Virus record (IMG/VR): IMGVR_UViG_3300035145_001815
Span: 1 to 30,955 of that record
Source: a virus
Lineage: Duplodnaviria; Caudoviricetes
Direction: 5' to 3' (one strand)
Length of the DNA: 30,955 nucleotides
Every line of letters starts with the position of its first letter. Positions within the stretch are counted from its first letter, which is position 1. Under the pieces are notes generated by a model, which was not told the DNA's origin, made no database searches, and worked only from the letters and a program-made list of their open reading frames with translations. Position numbers and translations under genes: made by a program. Positions 26,894 through 30,955 of this stretch are shown here, one piece after another.

Positions 26894-29049
26894 TGGCATA
26901 TACTATACCATTTACAGATTCAGCAAACAAAGGCAGCATCACTGTAGAAGATAACAGTATTAACACTGAAACAAGTTTACTATTACCAGGTAGAAATACA
27001 AATGATTACGGAACAAGTATACTTACAAATTTTTTACATTTGTTAGAAAATCATGCTGACGTTAATCCACCTCTTAATCCTGTCGAAGGACAATTATGGT
27101 ATGATACAACTAATGATGTTGATCAATTAAAAATATATGACGGCACAAATTGGGTAGCAGCAGGCGGACTTAAAAAAAGCGGAGCAGAACCTGAAAGCAT
27201 TAATAGCACAGTAGGCGATCTATGGGTTGATACCAGCACAAGCCAATTATATTTGTATAGTGGTAGTGGATGGATTCTTGTAGGACCAAGTTTTGCTACT
27301 GGTAATAAGACAGGAGCTTTAGCAGAACAAATTGTTGACAATAGCGATGTTACTAGAGATGTTGTTATAAATTACGTAAACAATATTCCGATTAGCATTA
27401 TTAGTGCAGTAGCTTTTTTACCTAAAGCAACATTGTCAGGTTTTGAAAACGGAATACAAGTTGGAACTACACAAAGCACAAATGTAAGTAGTAATCCTGC
27501 TTTAATAAAAGGCATTGCTTATCAAGCATCTTATTTACAAGAATCACCATCATTTACAGACAGACCTGCAGGTTCTGTAACAGTGTCAGATCTTGCCAAA
27601 AAGAATGACACAAATATTTTCACACAGCTACAAAAATTTCCAAATGGCGGCATTGAAATTGGAACAGTGAAAACTTTTAGTGCATTAGTTGAAGGCACAA
27701 GCGGTATACTAGAATTAGCTGGTGCTGGCACTGTAGATATCAGAACTCCGGTTAGCACTAATCCTGTTGTAAGAATATCTAACGACGGTAACTTTGGAAT
27801 TAACACATTAAGTCCTACAGAAAAACTAGATATAAAAGGTAATTTAGTAATAGGTGTTGAGTCAGGAGATGATGCTGCATTAGATACAAGTGGTAAACTT
27901 ACTGTCAATAGTGAATTTGATAGTGCAGCACCAACCACAGGTGCAGCAACAGTAAAAGGTGGACTAGGTGTAGCAAAGCAACTACAAGTTGGAGGTAGAG
28001 CTACATTTACAGATGTTATTCAAACTAATCCAGCAGGCACTGTATTAGAGCCGGATACAAACGGACAAGGTGTAATTGGTAGCACGTCAAAAAGATATTC
28101 AGGTATATATGCAAATACTGTGTATGGAAATTTACAAGGTAATGTCACAGGTAATGTTACAGGAAACGTTACAGGGTCATCAAGTAAACTTACTAGTCCA
28201 ACAACATTTAGTATGGTAGGAGATGTTACAGCATCTGCATTTACATTTGACGGACAAACTGGCGGCAGTAGTAAAACATTTACTACAACTATTGGTGACA
28301 ATTTTATTAACACAAAATTAGATGTGGCAGCGCAGTTAGGAAGATTAATTAGCACTGATGAATTGATCATATACAGACCAACAGCAGATGACGTAACTGT
28401 TGATCCTACTGGCACACTAGGTGTGTTTAAAACAACAATAGCAGATATTACTGCACAAATTTCTTCTTTACCAATCGGAACTGTAATGATGTGGGCAGGA
28501 TTGACAGCACCTACAGGTTGGTTTATTTGTGACGGTAGTGATTATTTGATAGCTGATTATGAAAACTTAGCAAATGCTTTAGGTTGGGATAGATTTAACT
28601 CTACAACTTGGTATTGGGGAACACCATATTCTGGTTCAGGCGAATACTATTTCCGAATACCAGATTTTACAGGACGTATGCCAGTTGGTTCTAGTGTAGC
28701 AAATAGTGGTGCATTACAAGCATGGCAAAGTTCAGCTCACAGGATTGGCAATACAGCAACACAATCAATGGGTGGTGTTACAGGTGATGATGAAGTAACA
28801 CTTGTAAGTGATAACTTACCTGATCACACACACGATTTATTAAGCAGCACAGGCGAACAATTTTATGCAGTAACCAATGCAACCACAAGTGCTCCAGAAA
28901 CTTTATCTGGTGGTGGCATTGACGGAGGAACAGGTAGCAGATTAGCAAATAGCGGAACTATTACAGACGGAACAGCTAACAGTGCAGTTGATATTACCCC
29001 ACCATTTGCTGCTATAAACTTTATTATCTACCACGGAGTAACTTCATAA
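26893..29049 (+). CDS. Tail fibre with C-terminal phage tail-collar domain
   Basis: 718 aa. N-terminal NFLHLLEN.A...PP.NPVEGQLWYDT anchor, GNVT repeats, and C-terminal PIGTVMMWAGLTAPTGWFICDG...FRIPDFTGRMPVG...NLPDHTH...PPFAAINFII (tail collar plus HxH). Confidence 0.88.
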   Translation: MAYTIPFTDSANKGSITVEDNSINTETSLLLPGRNTNDYGTSILTNFLHLLENHADVNPPLNPVEGQLWYDTTNDVDQLKIYDGTNWVAAGGLKKSGAEPESINSTVGDLWVDTSTSQLYLYSGSGWILVGPSFATGNKTGALAEQIVDNSDVTRDVVINYVNNIPISIISAVAFLPKATLSGFENGIQVGTTQSTNVSSNPALIKGIAYQASYLQESPSFTDRPAGSVTVSDLAKKNDTNIFTQLQKFPNGGIEIGTVKTFSALVEGTSGILELAGAGTVDIRTPVSTNPVVRISNDGNFGINTLSPTEKLDIKGNLVIGVESGDDAALDTSGKLTVNSEFDSAAPTTGAATVKGGLGVAKQLQVGGRATFTDVIQTNPAGTVLEPDTNGQGVIGSTSKRYSGIYANTVYGNLQGNVTGNVTGNVTGSSSKLTSPTTFSMVGDVTASAFTFDGQTGGSSKTFTTTIGDNFINTKLDVAAQLGRLISTDELIIYRPTADDVTVDPTGTLGVFKTTIADITAQISSLPIGTVMMWAGLTAPTGWFICDGSDYLIADYENLANALGWDRFNSTTWYWGTPYSGSGEYYFRIPDFTGRMPVGSSVANSGALQAWQSSAHRIGNTATQSMGGVTGDDEVTLVSDNLPDHTHDLLSSTGEQFYAVTNATTSAPETLSGGGIDGGTGSRLANSGTITDGTANSAVDITPPFAAINFIIYHGVTS
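28126..28176 (+). repeat. 12-nt/4-aa tandem repeat GNLQ-GNVT-GNVT-GNVT-G in fibre shaft
   Basis: ggaaatttacaa ggtaatgtcaca ggtaatgttaca ggaaacgttaca ggg. Confidence 0.85.
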
Positions 29050-30955
29050 TGGCATATAAACTAAACAAAACAGACGGATCATTAGTTGTAGAACTTGTAG
29101 ATGGTAAACTTGATACTACCACAACAGATATTTCTTTGATAGGAAAAAACTATCAAGGATTTGGTGAAAGTATAAATGAAAATTTTATTGCACTTCTTGA
29201 ATCATTTGCAAATACAGCAGCACCGTCAAAACCACTTAGAGGACAACTGTGGTATGATACCGGAGAAGGCAGATTAAAAGTTTATGACGGAACAACTTTT
29301 AGAAGCACAGATAGCACAATATTTTCTGCTACACAACCTACTAGTTTAGTCCAAGGTGATATATGGATTAATGGTGCTGAAAATAGATTATACTTCTTTG
29401 ACGGCACAGACTTAATTCCTGTAGGACCAAGTTACACAAAATCTCAAGCAAAATCAGGTATAGAAACTGAAACAATAAAAGATACAATAGGTCAGAACAA
29501 GATTGTTGTAAAATTGTTTATTAATGGCAGTAATGTTGGTATTTGGTCAAAGAATACATTTACACCATTTCCTGCAATACCAGGTTATGGAGATATTAAA
29601 ACAGGTTTCAATATCAATTCAGGTTTTTCAGATTTTAGTTTTTATGGAAAAGCTGATAGTGCAGAAAAACTTGTTTCTGAAACAGGCGACCAATTTACCA
29701 AAGATAGTTTTTTAAGCACATTAGATGATTCTAATCCTGCAGGTAATAGAGTAGCAAACGGCACCCTAACATTTAAAGGAACAAATGGTATTTTTATTGG
29801 GCCTGACAATAGGTTGAACATTAAAAAGTCAGGAACTAAAACACTTTTTGATAACACAGGTATTGACAGTGATTTAGAATTTCAATTGTTAAAAACACAA
29901 GGCACAGGCACACTTGCATATAGTGCTTTTAAATTCGATACCGCAAATCAAAGATTAGGTATATTTAACGATTCACCTAATGCTACTATTACAGGCGGAC
30001 TCGATACTAGAAGTTCTGGTGTGGTAATTGGAACAACAACTGATAAACGCAACTTAATTGTTACAGGTGACATGAGGATTGATGGCGACCTTAGAGTTGG
30101 CACAGTGATTAATGAAGAAATTGCATCATTAAGAGTTGCAGATAAAGTTATAGAATTAGCTACACCAGACGATAGTTCTTTAGTAGACAGTTCAAGCGAA
30201 TATATTGATGGTGCAGGTATAGTAATAAACACAACTTCAGGAAGTATTGACTGGGTATACAGAAACGAAAATCATAACTGGACAACTGAAGTAAACATCA
30301 ATATTGACAACCAAGTTGGAAAATATAAAATTGAAGACGAAGTTGTTTTAACAAAAACAGGTTTAGGACCTAGTGTTATAAACAGTAACTTGACAAGTAT
30401 CGGGACATTGGTAGCTATCAATGTTGATGATATTAATATTGATAATAATGTGATCACAAGTTCAAATGCAGACGGTTTAGCATTTAATGTATTAAATGAT
30501 ATTGCAATTAATCCAGGATCATTAAATTATAGAAACATTACTGGTGTAAAGAAACCTATAAGTGCATTAAATGCTGCTTATAGTGTAAACAACGAATCTG
30601 CTGATGACCTTGCAGCAACCAAAGGTTATGTAGATGAGGAAATATTAGGTAGAACACAATATCTCACAATGAACACAACAGGATTTGGTGCAGCAGGATT
30701 TAGTGCTGCTGGTGATTTAGAAGGGGCTATAAAAGCTCTATTGCTTGTATGGATACCTACTACTGCAATTACCGAAAATGCAACTGTAAGAATTATTTCA
30801 GAGCAACCAACAGCTACTACTGATCCTATTGATGTAAACAGCAATATTGTAAAAAGTTTCTTAGCTGTTGATAGTGCAGGTGTTCAAAACGTAAATGTTA
30901 TATCAGATGTAGCTGTAAGTCCAGATCCTACAACAACAATTACATTTGGTATCAC
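29049..30955 (+). CDS. Second tail fibre/baseplate fibre, paralogue of 26893..29049 (3' end runs off the window; absent from ORF track)
   Basis: ATG in TAATG overlap at 29049. Manual translation MAYKLNKTDGSLVVELVDGKLDTTTTDISLIGKNYQGFGESINENFIALLESFANTAAPSKPLRGQLWYDT...; later fibre motifs DKVIELA, DGAGIVI, SNLTSIGTL, AATKGYVD. No stop found before the window end. Confidence 0.88.
   Translation, partial: MAYKLNKTDGSLVVELVDGKLDTTTTDISLIGKNYQGFGESINENFIALLESFANTAAPSKPLRGQLWYDTGEGRLKVYDGTTFRSTDSTIFSATQPTSLVQGDIWINGAENRLYFFDGTDLIPVGPSYTKSQAKSGIETETIKDTIGQNKIVVKLFINGSNVGIWSKNTFTPFPAIPGYGDIKTGFNINSGFSDFSFYGKADSAEKLVSETGDQFTKDSFLSTLDDSNPAGNRVANGTLTFKGTNGIFIGPDNRLNIKKSGTKTLFDNTGIDSDLEFQLLKTQGTGTLAYSAFKFDTANQRLGIFNDSPNATITGGLDTRSSGVVIGTTTDKRNLIVTGDMRIDGDLRVGTVINEEIASLRVADKVIELATPDDSSLVDSSSEYIDGAGIVINTTSGSIDWVYRNENHNWTTEVNINIDNQVGKYKIEDEVVLTKTGLGPSVINSNLTSIGTLVAINVDDINIDNNVITSSNADGLAFNVLNDIAINPGSLNYRNITGVKKPISALNAAYSVNNESADDLAATKGYVDEEILGRTQYLTMNTTGFGAAGFSAAGDLEGAIKALLLVWIPTTAITENATVRIISEQPTATTDPIDVNSNIVKSFLAVDSAGVQNVNVISDVAVSPDPTTTITFGI

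Noticed and set aside
28126-28176. CRISPR-like or phase-variable repeat
   Set aside because: In-frame 12-nt units with synonymous variation encode a common fibre GNVT repeat. There are no spacers.
1031-30844. Numerous 60-170-aa antisense or alternate-frame ORFs in the track
   Set aside because: All lie within long, motif-supported genes and show no recognisable motifs. They are the expected shadows of biased codon usage and Gly/Ala/Thr-rich coding.

Overview
AT-rich fragment of a large T4-like (myovirus-type) phage genome. The left end holds two minus-strand genes, a partial gp47/Mre11-type recombination nuclease and a gp55-like late sigma factor with a long insertion. Each has its own sigma70-type promoter and a TTG start. 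The rest is one plus-strand baseplate/tail module: tube-initiator-like protein, gp53-like protein, hub, gp5-like spike without a lysozyme domain, an unknown Gly/Ala-rich protein, gp25, an enlarged gp6, a 4739-aa multidomain wedge/adhesin protein, a 202-aa structural protein and two paralogous fibres (the second truncated by the window edge). Most interesting signals: (i) a 30-bp bipartite late-promoter-like element (AACTRYGCACTT-N12-TAAATA) seen twice, one copy lying on top of the divergent promoter of the sigma gene itself; (ii) glycine-zipper/11-mer amphipathic segments in the hub and in the gene directly after the spike; (iii) the giant protein. All product calls come from motif recognition and synteny by eye, not database searches. 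No RNA genes, CRISPR arrays or mobile elements were seen.
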